A stretch of DNA of 64,000 nucleotides from an uncultured Chloroflexia bacterium (GCA_963751345.1 CAVVUS010000038.1:1-64000); one strand, 5' to 3'; shown: positions 38,748 through 51,160, counted from the stretch's first letter. The notes: a model not told the origin generated them from the letters alone. Numbers and translations are program-made.

Positions 38748-40707
38748 TCAGCGGTCCTCCCCCTGCTCGCGCCAACGCTGAAACCGTGCCAAGGCCATCA
38801 AAGGGAAGTAGATGCGATACATGTGATATCTGAGGTAGAAGGCCCTCGGAAACCCGGTCCCGGTATAAAGCTCTTCGTCCCACGTCCCGTCCGCAGCCTG
38901 CGTGTCCAGCAGATAGGCAACCCCTCTGAGGACCGCGTCGCTGTCGCCCTCGCCGCAGGCCAACAGGCCCATGATCGACCACGCCGTCTGCGAAGGGGTG
39001 CTTGCCCCCAGGCCCCGGAGTGACGGATCCTCGTAGGACTCGCAGGTCTCTCCCCATCCCCCATCCGGATTCTGGTGCTGCTTGAGCCACGCCACGCCCT
39101 GTTGGATGTAGGTCTCGGCTTCATCCTCGCCGGCTTCGTGAAGCGCGGGCAGCACCGCGCTAGTGCCGTAGACGTAGTTCACGCCCCAGCGCCCATACCA
39201 GGATCCGTCAGCTTCCTGCTCGCGTCTCAGATAGCTCAGTGCTCTCCGACAGGATGCCTGGCTACGCGGGTCGCCCAATTTGGCGAGGAGTTCCACTACG
39301 TGAGCCGTAACGTCCGCGGAGGTCGGGTCCAGGGGCGTCATGAAATCCGCAAAGGGGATCTTGGCCAGGATCTGCATATTGTTGTCCCGATCGAAGGCCG
39401 CCCATCCACCGTCCCCGCTCTGCATGTCCAGGATCCACCGCTGAGCTTTGTCTAGCGCCTCGACCTTGGCCTCTCGCTCCGGAAGATCCACCCGCAGCAA
39501 CGCCAGGGAGACCGCAACGGTATCATCTACGTCCGGATAGAGATCATTGTCAAACTCAAAGGACCACGCGCCCGGCTCCGTGTGGGGGTTCTTGACCTGC
39601 CAATCACCACCGGAGAGGACCTGCTCACCCAGAAGCCACCGGGCCGCCTTGACGAGGGCGGGATGGTCGCCGCTCAAGCCCGGAATCGCCCAGGGCGATC
39701 ACGGCCAACGCCGTATCCCAAATAGGGGACACTGCGGGTTGCAGGTGAAAGGTCGACTCGTCCTCCACAATGAACCTCTGCAGCCCGCCCAGGGCCTTCG
39801 CCATCACCGGATCGTCAAGCGAGCGGCCCACGCTCTTCAGTGCCATCAGGGAGTATACCCAGGGGAGCATAATGCCGCCCCAGCTACCGTCGGACTCCTG
39901 ATGATCCTCTATCCACTCTATCGCCTTCCGCAAGGCCCGTCCTCGCAGCGGGTGGAAGGGGAAGATATCCCAGGTCTTGAGCAGCCTGTCCAACAGCGTG
40001 AAAACCCCCTCCCAACTGAGGCGCTTGTCGGGCTTCGGTACGCGCCAGTGCAGGTGATCCCTGGGTTCGGTGTACAGCTCGAAGATGCTCTCCGATTCCG
40101 GTATGTGGCAGACCGGTTTCTGTGCGAGGACCACCATCAAGTCGACGATCGTGGCCCGCGCCCAGCTGGCGAATTCGTAGATGGTGAAGGGAGACCCATT
40201 GGGCAGCAGCATCAGTTCGGGGGGGATGGCAGGAAGGCCCTCCCAACCATACTGACCGAAGGGCGCGATGAGGGTCTTGGTGAAAGTGTGGGTCTTGTTG
40301 ACGCCGCCCTTGGACAGGATGTAGGCCCTCGCCCGCTGCATGGCAGCGTCCTCGGCGGGGACGCCGGCCAGCTTGAGCGCGAAATAGGCCTGGACACTGA
40401 CGTCGAGGTTGCCCGGGCCGCCCGTGTAGCTGCACCAGCCGCCATCGGGCAGTTGACGGCTTCGGAGGACGTTCACGATCTTGGCCTCGCGCTCGGGTTG
40501 CGGGATCCCGAGGAAGCGCATCAGGGGGATGTATCCTGCTGCGACGCTGACGTCCGATTCCAGTTCTCCCACCCAGTACCCGAGCGGAGCCTGTTGCCCC
40601 AGCAGATAGCTCCGGCATCTCGCAATTGCCTGGGACAGCGCCTCAGGGGTGATCCAAGCACTACCAACATCCTCCGAGTCGCGCACCCGGGCATTGACAC
40701 TCGCCAT
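38748..40707 (-). CDS. shc: Squalene-hopene cyclase, frameshift near 39670
   Basis: Catalytic YPDVDDT; multiple QW repeats (Q..DG.W); SWAR, SPIWDT, GRWGVNY.YGT, TGTGFP..FYL.Y..Y...FPL.AL. Confidence 0.95.
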
Positions 40708-40922
40708 TATCTCCCCCGCCATCGCAGCCAACCGTCAGGATGCAAAGACCCCGGCCCTCTGTGCCCGTCGTGATGACCGGCAGGACAGGGAAGGCTTCGC
40801 AGTTGGTCACGCCGTGAGCCCCAAGCCGACGCCACGGCTGGTTGCCAGAGACAACTCCATCCCATTATACGGGACGAAGTTGGAGGATGCAACCATCAAA
40901 ATGGTTTGAACTCTCAAACTCC

Positions 40923-40951
40923 TTGACGCCGCGGGTTGGCCGTGCTATAAT
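40923..40951 (+). promoter_or_regulatory. Sigma70 promoter of yceD-rpoD
   Basis: TTGACG, 17 bp, TATAAT, with TG extended -10. Confidence 0.75.
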
Positions 40952-40986
40952 TGCAATGTTAGTGGGACACGGAGGTAGTCCGTGCA

Positions 40987-41496
40987 ATGATAAAGCTGAA
41001 TCTTTCTTCACTAGCGCACGCTAGAGTTGGACGGCAAGAGTCGAAAGATCTCGATATTGAGGATGTGCCCGTTGGTGATACTGAGCTTCGGTACCTGCGG
41101 GGCCATCTTCAGTTTACTCGCGTCGCGGAAGGGATCCTGGTCCTAGGTGAGCTCGATGCTGAAGCCAAGACGGAGTGCACACGCTGTTTGACCCCCTTTT
41201 ACCAGCCGATCACGATCGAACTCGAGGATATCCTCAGTCTGCCCGGCGCGGGTCTCACGCCCGAGCGCCCGGTTCGAGTCAACGAGGATGGCTGGGTCGA
41301 TCTGGCTCCTCTGATTCGCGAATACGTCTGGTTGGGAATGCCGCCCAACCCGATATGCTCTTCTACATGCCAGGGATTGTGTCCTGAGTGTGGTGGAAAC
41401 AGGAACAATGGGGAATGCACGTGCGAGAACGTCGCAACGATTGATCCCCGTTGGGAGGCTCTGCGGCAGCTGGTGGATAAGCCCGGCGGGACGTAA
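40987..41496 (+). CDS. yceD: YceD/DUF177-family protein
   Basis: C.RCL, DL...IRE, C...C.GLCP.CG.N.N...C.C, DPRW..L. Confidence 0.9.
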   Translation: MIKLNLSSLAHARVGRQESKDLDIEDVPVGDTELRYLRGHLQFTRVAEGILVLGELDAEAKTECTRCLTPFYQPITIELEDILSLPGAGLTPERPVRVNEDGWVDLAPLIREYVWLGMPPNPICSSTCQGLCPECGGNRNNGECTCENVATIDPRWEALRQLVDKPGGT

Positions 41497-41564
41497 GTCA
41501 CAGTAGCGTCTCACTGCCGGGTATCTCGGAAGCGTTTTGTGGATCTCACATTCCAAGGAGGCCT

Positions 41565-42731
41565 ATGGACGTAATTGCCGAGCTGCTGGAAAAGGCGGAA
41601 GCTCAGGGGTTTCTGACCGTTGACGATGTGCTGGAGGCCCTGGCATCGCTGCGGGGGCAGGAATCCCTTGAGAGCGTGCTTGCCGAGCTTCGACAGGCCG
41701 GCGTTGAGATCGAGGCCACGGACGATGATGAAGAGGAGGATGAGGACGACGTCGATATTGACTTCGCAGAGTCGCTAGAAGAAGACCTCGATTTGGATGA
41801 GGACGTCTACAACCTCGACGGCATAGGTGTGGACGACACCGTAGCGCTCTACCTCCGTGAGATGGCACGGGTGCCCTTGCTCAGCAATGAGGAAGAGGTG
41901 AGCCTGGCAAAGGCGATCGAGCGCGGGCGTGAGACAGAGAGATTGCTGCAGGATGGGAGCCTTACGGTTGAGGCACGGGCGTGCCTTGATCAGATCGTTC
42001 TTGAGGGGTTGGAAGCCCGCGACCACCTCATTCGCGCGAATACCCGCCTCGTCGTAAGCATCGCCAAGAAGTACATCGGAAGGAACGTGCCCTTTCTCGA
42101 TCTGATCCAGGAAGGCAACCTGGGGTTGATGAAGGCGGTCGAGAAGTTCGAATACCAGCGTGGCTATCGTTTCAGCACCTATGCCACGTGGTGGATTCGT
42201 CAGACGATCACGCGGGCAATTGCGGATCAGGGTCGCACGATTCGGGTTCCCGTGCACATGAGCGACCGGATTCGACGCCTTTACCGGCGTGCCCAGGAGA
42301 TCGAACAGGAGCGCGGCACCCGGCCGACGCCCGAGGAACTTGCGGTGGAGATGGGCCTTGAACCTCGTAAGGTCCAGTGGATGATGCGGGTTTCCTGGCA
42401 GCCGCTCAGCCTCGAACGTCCCGTCGGAGAGGATGAGGACAGCGAGCTGAGCAATTTCATTGAGGACGATCAGACACCTACGCCTCCCGATACCGCCTAC
42501 ACGGGCATGCTTCGTGACCGCATTGAAGAGGTGCTCTCGACGCTGAATCCACGTGAGGTCCGCATTCTGCGCATGCGCTTCGGCCTGCACAATGGCCGTA
42601 GCTATACGCTGGAGGAGGTCGGTCAGAAGTTTGGGCTAACGCGCGAGCGAATTCGCCAGATTGAGGGGCAAGCGCTGCGCCGTCTACGACATCCAAGCCG
42701 GAGCCGCGATCTGAAGGACTACCTCAGATAG
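41565..42731 (+). CDS. rpoD: Group 1-type RNA polymerase sigma-70 factor
   Basis: Acidic region 1.1, D.V.LYL.EM...[52 protein letters not shown]. Confidence 0.9.
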   Translation: MDVIAELLEKAEAQGFLTVDDVLEALASLRGQESLESVLAELRQAGVEIEATDDDEEEDEDDVDIDFAESLEEDLDLDEDVYNLDGIGVDDTVALYLREMARVPLLSNEEEVSLAKAIERGRETERLLQDGSLTVEARACLDQIVLEGLEARDHLIRANTRLVVSIAKKYIGRNVPFLDLIQEGNLGLMKAVEKFEYQRGYRFSTYATWWIRQTITRAIADQGRTIRVPVHMSDRIRRLYRRAQEIEQERGTRPTPEELAVEMGLEPRKVQWMMRVSWQPLSLERPVGEDEDSELSNFIEDDQTPTPPDTAYTGMLRDRIEEVLSTLNPREVRILRMRFGLHNGRSYTLEEVGQKFGLTRERIRQIEGQALRRLRHPSRSRDLKDYLR

Positions 42732-42755
42732 GCTATTGTAGGTACGCGACAGAGT

Positions 42756-42784
42756 GAAAGCCGCCAGCCTCGCTGGCGGCTTTC
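42756..42784 (+). terminator. Rho-independent terminator
   Basis: GAAAGCCGCCAGC-CTC-GCTGGCGGCTTTC. Confidence 0.75.
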
Positions 42785-42855
42785 GGTTGTCAATGTCTCT
42801 GCCCGTCTTTTCATCAACCTTTGGTATACTACGTTTGTCTGGAAGAAGGAGGGAT

Positions 42856-44646
42856 ATGTCAGATCGTCAACAGAATGTCGAAGGAAAGCGGATCCTCGTC
42901 TCGGTAGCGTGGCCTTATGCGAATGGTGACCTACACGTGGGTCACCTGGCAGGCGCCTATCTGCCGGCAGATATCTTCGCGCGCTATCACCGTCTGGCCG
43001 GGGACGATGTGCTGATGGTGTCCGGGTCTGACTCACACGGAACGCCAGTGTCACTTCGCGCCGAGCAAGAGGGCGTGACCTCCACCGAGGTTTTTGAGCG
43101 CTTTCACCGGCGATTCCTGGAGACGCAGCAGGCGATCGGCATCTCCTACGATTTGTTCACGCATACTGACACGGCTAACCATCACAGGGTCTCACAGGGC
43201 ATGTTTACGGCGCTGCTCGAGAACGGCTATCTATACACCGAGAGTCAGAAGCAGTTCTACTCTGAAACGCTGGGACGCTTCCTCCCCGATCGCTACGTTG
43301 AGGGGACGTGCCCGTACTGCGGCTACACGGAGGCGCGCGGCGACCAATGTGACAACTGCGGGAAGATCCTCGATGCCCTGGAGCTTGGCAACCCGCGTAC
43401 CAAGATCGATGGTTCCATCCCCGTGATCCGCGAGACCGAGCACTTCTTCCTGGACCTCCCGAAGCTTGGTCCGGCGGTCGAGGCATACCTGGACGAGGAT
43501 AAGGAGGACTGGCGACCTGCGGTCCTGAACTTCTCTCGCAACTACGTGAAGGGCGGCCTCAGGGGACGGGCGATCACGCGCGACATTGAGTGGGGCATTC
43601 CCGTCCCGGTGGAAGGATACGAGGAGAAACGGCTCTACGTCTGGTTCGAGGCCGTGATCGGTTACCTGTCGGCAAGCATTGAGGAGTCCGATCTCCGCGG
43701 CGATCCGGAGCTATGGAAGGCCTGGTGGTACGAACCCGAGGCGGAGACCTATTACTTCATCGGCAAGGATAACACGGTGTTCCACACGGTGATCTGGCCC
43801 GCCGAGCTGATTGGCGTCGGACGCATCTACGAGGACGATACGACGAAGCGCTTGAACCTGCCGACGGATGTGCCCGCCAACGAGTTCATGAACCTTGCAG
43901 GTTCGCAGTTCTCAAAGAGCCGGGGCCACATGATCACACTGCCTGATCTGCTCTCCAGGTACGATCCGGATGCCTTGCGCTTCTATGTGACGGTCGTCAT
44001 GCCCGAGACGAGCGACAGTGACTTCCTCTGGGATGACTTTGTCCAGCGGAATAACGGGGAGTTGGTCGGCGTTTGGGGCAATCTGGCGCACCGCGTGCTG
44101 TCGTTCACCTACCGGCACTTCGGCGCTGTGCCGGAACCGGGCCCACTTGGCGAGGTGGATGAGGAACTCCTGGCGAGCGCCAAGGCGGGGTTCGACAGCG
44201 TCGGTCGGGAGTTGGCGGCATGCAACTTCAGGGCTGCGATGTCGGAGGCTTTGTCGCTGGCCCGTGAAGCGAACCGCTATCTGGAGGTCAAGTCACCCTG
44301 GACACAGATCAAGACCGACCGTGTCGCGGCTGGCACCACGCTCTACGTCGCACTTCAGACGATCAACGCGATCAAGACCCTGATCTCGCCCTTTCTCCCG
44401 TTCTCGGCCCAGAAACTGCACGAGCAGTTGGGCTACGAGATGCCGCTGTTTGGCCAACAGGTCATCCAAACGGTGGGAGAAGGCGATGATCTGCACGATG
44501 CGCTCAGATACGATGATAGCCAGGCCGCCGGTCGTTGGCTGTACGAGGAGCTGCCCGCCGGACGGCAGCTTGGCAAGCCCGAACCTCTGTTCCGCAAGCT
44601 CGATGACAGCGTCGTCGAGGACGAGATCGCGCGGATGGGAAGCTAG
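42856..44646 (+). CDS. metG: Methionine--tRNA ligase
   Basis: AWPYANG.LHVGH, GSDSHG, zinc knuckle CPYC..RGDQCDNC, YVWFEA, IGKDN..FH, FSKS. Confidence 0.95.
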   Translation: MSDRQQNVEGKRILVSVAWPYANGDLHVGHLAGAYLPADIFARYHRLAGDDVLMVSGSDSHGTPVSLRAEQEGVTSTEVFERFHRRFLETQQAIGISYDLFTHTDTANHHRVSQGMFTALLENGYLYTESQKQFYSETLGRFLPDRYVEGTCPYCGYTEARGDQCDNCGKILDALELGNPRTKIDGSIPVIRETEHFFLDLPKLGPAVEAYLDEDKEDWRPAVLNFSRNYVKGGLRGRAITRDIEWGIPVPVEGYEEKRLYVWFEAVIGYLSASIEESDLRGDPELWKAWWYEPEAETYYFIGKDNTVFHTVIWPAELIGVGRIYEDDTTKRLNLPTDVPANEFMNLAGSQFSKSRGHMITLPDLLSRYDPDALRFYVTVVMPETSDSDFLWDDFVQRNNGELVGVWGNLAHRVLSFTYRHFGAVPEPGPLGEVDEELLASAKAGFDSVGRELAACNFRAAMSEALSLAREANRYLEVKSPWTQIKTDRVAAGTTLYVALQTINAIKTLISPFLPFSAQKLHEQLGYEMPLFGQQVIQTVGEGDDLHDALRYDDSQAAGRWLYEELPAGRQLGKPEPLFRKLDDSVVEDEIARMGS

Positions 44647-44655
44647 AGGAGTGGG

Positions 44656-44696
44656 GGGCCGGGGCGAGCAGAGGGGCCCCTCTGCTGCCCCGGCCC
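44656..44696. terminator. Long GC hairpin after metG
   Basis: GGGCCGGGGC(G)AGCAGAGGGG|CCCCTCTGCT-GCCCCGGCCC. Confidence 0.55.
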
Positions 44697-44702
44697 TCTG
44701 CT

Positions 44703-47576
44703 CTTTCGCTCTTCCGTTCCGCCGCTCCCCTGCTGTTCTGCTTTTTCCTGTACTCCCTGGTTGTTCTGACCCTGGAGTCGCAGTCGATCTGGTGGGATGA
44801 GGGTATCAGCCTCCATCTGGCCGGATTATCCTGGGCCGCGATCGTGGCAGATCGCGCTGCCAACATCCATCCGCCCCTCTATTTCTTCATTCTCAAGGTC
44901 TGGACCTCGCTGGTTGGGTCGTCGCCGTTTACAGGACGCTACCTATCAGCCCTTTCGGTCACGCTGCTCCCTGCTGCCGTCTATCGCTTTGTCGGACGCC
45001 GGGTCGGGGAGCGTGCCGGGCTGATCACCTCATTGCTTGTCGCGTTGGCTCCCCCGATTGTCATCTACGGGCAGGAGACGCGTGCCTATGCGATGCTGCC
45101 TTTGGGTGTTCTGGCATTGTGGTCGCTGGCCTGGACGCCGGGGAAGGTCTCGGCACAGGTGGGGCTTCGCCGCTTGCGCCTCTTCCCTCCATGGCTTAGG
45201 CGAGGGCTGCTGTTGGGCGCCGTGCAGGCCTCGCTGCTGCTGACGCACTACGCCGGCGCCATTGCGATTGGCGGCGCGGCGGTTCTATTCATCGTGACCT
45301 CGCGGCGGCTGAGTCCCCGCGGCGCGCGCCGATGGGTCCTATACGAGTGGCTGATCGGCGCCGTTGTGACGTTGGCTATCGCCTCTCCGTGGGCGGTGGC
45401 CATCGCGTGGGCCGGCGTGGGGGGGCTGACCGCGCAGGCGGGCCTCGGCAACGCCTTTGCAGTGCCGGTACCGGCCCGGTACGTCGCGGCCTTGGTCGGG
45501 ATATTCCACACCACGGGGCTTCCCCAGGCGCTCGGCGACCCTGCTCTGGTGAGACCCTCCTTGCTGACCGGGTTTCTGCTGGTGGCGGCGCTCGTCTCGG
45601 CGCTCCTGTCGAGGGCCGAAAGGTCGCTTGGACTTGGCCTGACCCTCGTGCTGTGGCTGGTTCCCTTGCTGAGTGCGCCGGTTCTGTGGTGGCTAAGCCC
45701 CCAATCGCACCCCCGCTATCTCTTTCCGTTCGTGGTGGGCGGTTGGCTGGTCACGGGAATGGCGGTCGGTGACCGGTCTGCGCTCCGCCCGATTCGCGCG
45801 GCCCTGCTTGCCGCTGTCCTGGCTACAAGCCTGCTGGGGCTGCGCGCTTACCTTGTCGATCCTGCCTACGCCCGCAGTGACGTGCGTAGCGTGGCCGCGT
45901 ACCTGAGCACCTCTGCCAGGCCGGGCGACATGGTGGTCGTGCCGCCTACCGACTGGTCACTGGCGCAGTATGATCTGGGTGCTGCCCGACTGGCGATGCC
46001 GCCTCAGGTCTCGCGTGGGGACATGTCCTGGCTGGCCGAGAGAGCCGGACGCACGAGTGAGGTGTATTTGCTGGACTATGATCGCGGGGCGCTGGATCCG
46101 TCAGGGAGGCTCCGAGCCGAGCTGGCCTGGTCGGGTGTGCTCGTGTCGCGGATCCGATTCCAGGGCGTTTTCCTCGAAGCCTACGAGATGCGCGATGGCT
46201 TGACGGTACACGACTGCCAGCCGGTGCCGCCGGTGTGTGCAGAGGGAAGCGGTCCCTGTTTGGTGGGCGTTGCCTACCAGGCTCGCCCCGTTAGCGGTGC
46301 CGCACTGCCCATACGTCTCTGTTGGGATGGCCCGGGCGATGGGACACGGTATGCGGCATCGGTCCGTCTCTATGCTGCTACCGGCGTCGATGCGCCGGGA
46401 GGTGCCCTGGTCTCGTCTGACGAGCGCGTCTTGGTAGATGGGGCCGGTACCCCCACGGATACGTGGGCTGATGGTGGCCTCCACTCGTCGTACCACCTGC
46501 TGCCCGTGCCTGTCGGCGCATTGCCCGAAGCGTACCGGCTGGAAGTCGGCCTCTTCGATCCTTCCGACCCGGAGAGGGCGTGCTATTGAAGGGCGGGGGT
46601 CAGGCCGTGGCATCTGTCGACCTCGGTACCCTCCGTCCCCTCGTGAGGCCCTGGCGGGATGTGTCCCTCTATCCCGTCGCTGCAGCGCCGACCTCGCCCT
46701 CGCTCCCAGTGACCCCTTCTCTCTATCTGGATGGCGCGCGTGTCGATCGGGGGCAGGCTGCGCCCGGTGAGAGGATCTACATTACCCTCTGGTGGCGTAT
46801 CGTTGGTATCCCGCCCGCGGATGTCCAGCCTCTGGTCAAGTTGCAGCGGGGCGGCGAGACCGTGACGGTCAGCGCGCTTTCGACGATCTCCGCGGACTGG
46901 CCATCCGGACGGCCCCTGATGCAGGTTGCCGCGATGACGGTGCCACCGGATGCCGCGTCAGGCCGCGCTGAGGTCGTGGCTGCGGTCGATGGGCAGTCTG
47001 TAACGCTTGGTGAGGTCGTCATTCAGCCGGCGTCGCACCGGTTTGCGGCCCCCGAGGTGGCCCACATGGTGGGGGCAGGGGCGGGCGACGTCGCGACGTT
47101 GGTGGGGTATGACCTGGCGCCTCAGACGGCGGACGCGCCTGGGACGGCGGACGCGCCTGGGACGGCGGACGCGCCTGGAGACGGGGCACCGCCCCGTCTC
47201 TACGACAGGAGAGGCGCCTGAGACGGCGGGGGTCCAGGTTGGTGCCGGCGAGCCGCTCACAGTGACCCTCGTATGGCGCGCCGGAGAGGCTGCGTCGAAT
47301 CGGGACCTGAAGGTCTTCGTGCACCTGGTCTCTGACGATGGGCGGATCGTGGCGCAACACGATGCAGTGCCCGTGCAGTGGTCACGCCCGACGGGGGGAT
47401 GGGTCGTCGATGAGATCCTGGTCGACGTTCACCCCCTGGAATGGCAGGACCCCGACTTCTCCGGCGAGGCATATCTGCAGGTGGGTCTGTACGATGGTGT
47501 GACAGGTGTCCGAGTGACATGGGATGATGGTACAGACGCCCTGGTGCTGCCGACGAGAGTCCTGGTTGGCTACTGA
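44703..47576 (+). CDS. GT-C (ArnT/PMT-like, GT39-type) membrane glycosyltransferase with extracellular C-terminal domains; start uncertain; frameshifts near 46580 and 47200
   Basis: The frame extends upstream of 44844 to SIWWDEG; IHPPLY, YGQETRAY, many TM helices; tail VTLVW..., KVFVHL......VAQHD..P....PT..W, VGLYD. Confidence 0.7.
47125..47178 (+). repeat. Perfect 18-bp tandem repeat, 3 copies, encoding TADAPG
   Basis: GACGGCGGACGCGCCTGG at 47125, 47143 and 47161. Confidence 0.9.
47178..47203 (-). repeat. GTAG-type REP-like palindrome inside a CDS
   Basis: Minus strand GTAGAGACGGGGC-GGT-GCCCCGTCTC. Confidence 0.6.
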
Positions 47577-47721
47577 CGCAACACCAAGCGCACGCCGTGG
47601 CACAGGCATCCCGAGTGGGGCTCCTTCCGCGTGGGCGCGGCTTGGTAGTTGACGCGGACCTGGTATCATATGTGGATACCGAGGGCACGCACCACGCCCG
47701 GGAATGCTACAAGGAGTGAGT

Positions 47722-50700
47722 ATGTCGCGCGAACTCGTGGGGCGCTGGGAGCGCATCCTCTATGTGCTGATTCTGGCTCTGGCTCTCTTCAGCCGCTTCT
47801 ATATGCTGGGCGATCGGGCGATCAGCCACGATGAGAGCATCCACACGAAGTTCTCCTGGAACCTCTATGCGGGAGACGGGTTTCAGCACAATCCGATGAT
47901 GCACGGGCCCCTGCTTTTCGAGGCGACCGCATTCATCTACTGGTTGCTGGGCCCCAGCGACTTCACCTCGCGGATTTTTGAGGCAGCGGCGGGCGTGGTG
48001 CTCGTGATGACACCTTTCCTCTTCCGGCGGTGGCTGGGACGCTCCGGGTCTCTCGTCGCCTCCGGGCTTCTGCTTCTGTCGCCGTCGATCTCCTATTACT
48101 CGCGCTACATCCGGCATGACGTACTCCTGATGCTCTCCGCGGTCCTGCTCCTGTGGGTGATGCTGCGGTTCCTCGAGTCCGGAAAGAAGGTGTGGCTCGC
48201 CTGGCTGGCAGCTTCCTTCTCGCTGATGTTCGCGACAAAGGAGGCCGCCTACATCTACACGGCGATCTTCGGCGCGCTGCTCTTCCTGCCGTTTGCCTGG
48301 CAGGTGATGACGGTGAAATGGGAGCACGGGCGGCTCTTCGTGGTTTTCGTCGTCCTGGTATGCCTTGGCCTGCTGATGGGCGTGGCTTTCGCGGCCTCGT
48401 TCCGTGACGGGCAGGTGAGCCAGGTGCCGCTGGATGACGCGGGTAACAGCAGCGTGGCAAGCACGGCCATTCCGCTTTGGGGTCGCGTCGCTGCCATAGC
48501 GGCGCTGGTCTCCCTGGGAATCGCGCTCCTCGTGATGCGGATTGGCATCGGCCGGCGCGAGCTTCAGCAGATTCGCCTCTTCGACCTCCTGATGGTGCTG
48601 GGCACGCTGACATTGCCACTTGGCTCGGCGTTCCTGATCAAGTTCACCACCGGCATCGATATGACGTTGGTCTACAATGCCGTGCGCACGGGGGACTTCT
48701 CGAGCATACCGGTTCCGAGCATCGTGACAATGTCCGTCGTGATTGCCGCCACATTGGTCGTGTCGATCGTCTTCGGGCTCCTCTGGGATCACAGGCATTG
48801 GCCCGTCGTTGCACTCATCCACTACTCGATCTTCATCGTTCTCTACACCACAGTCTTCACGTGGGCGTTTGGGGCGCTCTCGGGTCTGGTCGGAGGATTG
48901 GCTTACTGGCTCGCGCAGCAGGGCGTCAAGCGGGGCGATCAGCCGATCTACTATTATTTCCTGGTGGGACCCCTGTATGAGTACCTGGCGATCTCGCTGT
49001 CGCTCGGAGGGGGTGTGGCTGCGTTGGTCCAGGCTGTTCGAGGCCTACCCGGTCGACTACGGCCTCCCGCTCGGGATGAAGACGCCGTTCCGATCCGACG
49101 CCGGCCTGGATCTACCGTATCTCTTTCCGCTCTTCCTCTTGGGTTGGACCACGATGTCGTGGATTGCCTACACGATCGCCGGTGAGAAGATGCCCTGGCT
49201 TGTGGTCCACATCGCTCTCCCGAGCATCCTCCTTGCAGGCTGGGGCGCCGGTCGACTGCTGGATGGCGTGCCGTGGGCCGAAGCTGAGGATCGGGCCTGC
49301 AGCGCTCTTTGCCGTCACCCTTCCCCTCACGCTGGCTGCGCTGGTAGTCTTTGCCCGAAGTGTCTTGGGACTCCGTGCGGGCCTGCAGCAGGGCGTATCC
49401 CCGGCAGGGCTGGACCTGGCTCAGTTGGACTCGTATGGTTCTGCCCTTGGCGGCCTCGTCGGGTTGGTCGTCTTTGGGCTCCTGCTCTATCGCTCACTCG
49501 CCCGCCTCGGCGGTCGGATAGGCCTGCGTCTGGCGACGCTCCTGGCCGTGCTGGCGATGGCCGGCCTGACGGCGCGCACGATGGTGATGCTGAACTACAT
49601 CAACGACGATCTGGCAACGGAGCTTCTGGTCTACGCGCACGGGACGCCGGACATCAAGGTGGCACTGCAGCAGGTGCACGATGTGTCGTGGACCCAGACC
49701 GGGACGGCCGACGACGTCCGTGTTGCCTACGGCGAGGATGGATCCTGGCCTTTCACCTGGTATATGACAGAGTTTCCCAACAACTACTTCTACAGTATGT
49801 CCCCGGACCCGGCCCAGTTACTGGATTGTCCGGTCATCATCGCTGGCAGCCCGCAGTACGATGCCGTCGAGAGCATCATCGGCGACGACTACGTCGCCTT
49901 CGACTATCGCTATCTATGGTGGCCGATCCAGGATTACTTCGGGCTCACGTGGGGACGAGTTCGCGCTGCGCTCGCCGACCCCCAGATGCGACTGGCGCTG
50001 TGGGACATCGTGTGGCGCAGGGATTACACCCGGTACGCCGAGCTGAAGAATCCGGCGGCTCCGTTCGATCTCTTCAACTGGCCGTATCGCAAGGATTTCC
50101 GCCTCTACGTTCGACGGGATGTGGCCGAGGCAACGTGGCCAACCAGCCGGCCGGCGGGGGTTGCCCGCTACGTACAGCCTGTCGAGACGCCGCCTCCGGA
50201 TCCCTTTGCTGCCGGGGGGCGGAACCTCTCGCTGGTCAGCCAGGTGCTTCTGCCCGGTTCGGTGGTGCGCGGTATCGCCCAGGCAGCCGACGGCACCTTC
50301 TATGTGGCCGATACGCTCAACCACCGCATCTGGCATATCGGGCCCGATGGTCCGATCGATTCGTTCGGCGGGTACGGCACGGATGTGGGGCAGTTCAACG
50401 AGCCATGGGACGTGGCGGTCGGGCCGGACGGCAGCATCTACGTGGCGGACACGTGGAACCATCGCATCCAGAAGTTCGACGCTGGTTACGTCCCGGTTGC
50501 CAGTTGGGGCGGCATCGTCCAGGTGACGCAGATCGGTGAGCCGGGTGCGCAAGGTCTCTTCTACGGACCCCGCGGGATCGCCGTGAGCCCTGAAGGCGAC
50601 GTCTTCGTAGCGGACACGGGCAACAAGCGCGTTCAGGTTTTTGACGCCGACGGCAACTTCCTCCGCGAGTTTGGTGGTTGGGGGACGGGGCCGGGACAAC

Positions 50701-51098
50701 TGGATGAGCCGGTAGGCATCGCGATAAGCCCGGATGGCACGGTCGCGGTGGCGGACACGTGGAATCTCCGCGTGCAGCTCTTCGACGAACAAGGCGTGCC
50801 GCTGACGCAGTGGGACATTCCGACGTGGAACACCGAAAACCCGGATGAGAAGCCTTATCTCACCTGGGGCCCACTTGCGCAGGAAACGGCGGATGCCGGG
50901 CCATCCCTCGGGCTCTTCGTTACAGATTCACTGGGCCGTCGAGTGTTGGCATTCGACGCCAACGGCGCATACCAATGGGGACTGAGCGCGGCCGCCGGCG
51001 CCAAGGTGGCGTTCCCCCAAGGGCTGTTCGTGGCGGATGGCATTCTCTACGTGGCCGATGCTCAGAACGGCGAAGTGGCGGGGTTCGCCCTGCCCTAG
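47722..51098 (+). CDS. TIGR03663/Agl23-like GT-C membrane protein fused to an NHL-repeat beta-propeller; frameshifts near 49050 and 49285
   Basis: LG.R..SHDESIH, PMMHGP, YYSRYIRHD, TKE, YWLAQ.GV.RG.QP, GEKMPW, YA.G.PD, WP..WY; NHL repeats YVADT.NHRI, GQFNEPW.VAV. Confidence 0.85.
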
Positions 51099-51160
51099 AA
51101 GACGAAGATCCTTGGGGTTTGCGGCCCGAGCAGATCGGGCTTGACACCCCAAAGGTCTCT

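Noticed and set aside
41268-41283. tRNA T-loop-like GGTTCGAGTC
   Set aside because: Lies inside yceD with no cloverleaf around it. No tRNA or rRNA was recognised in the window.
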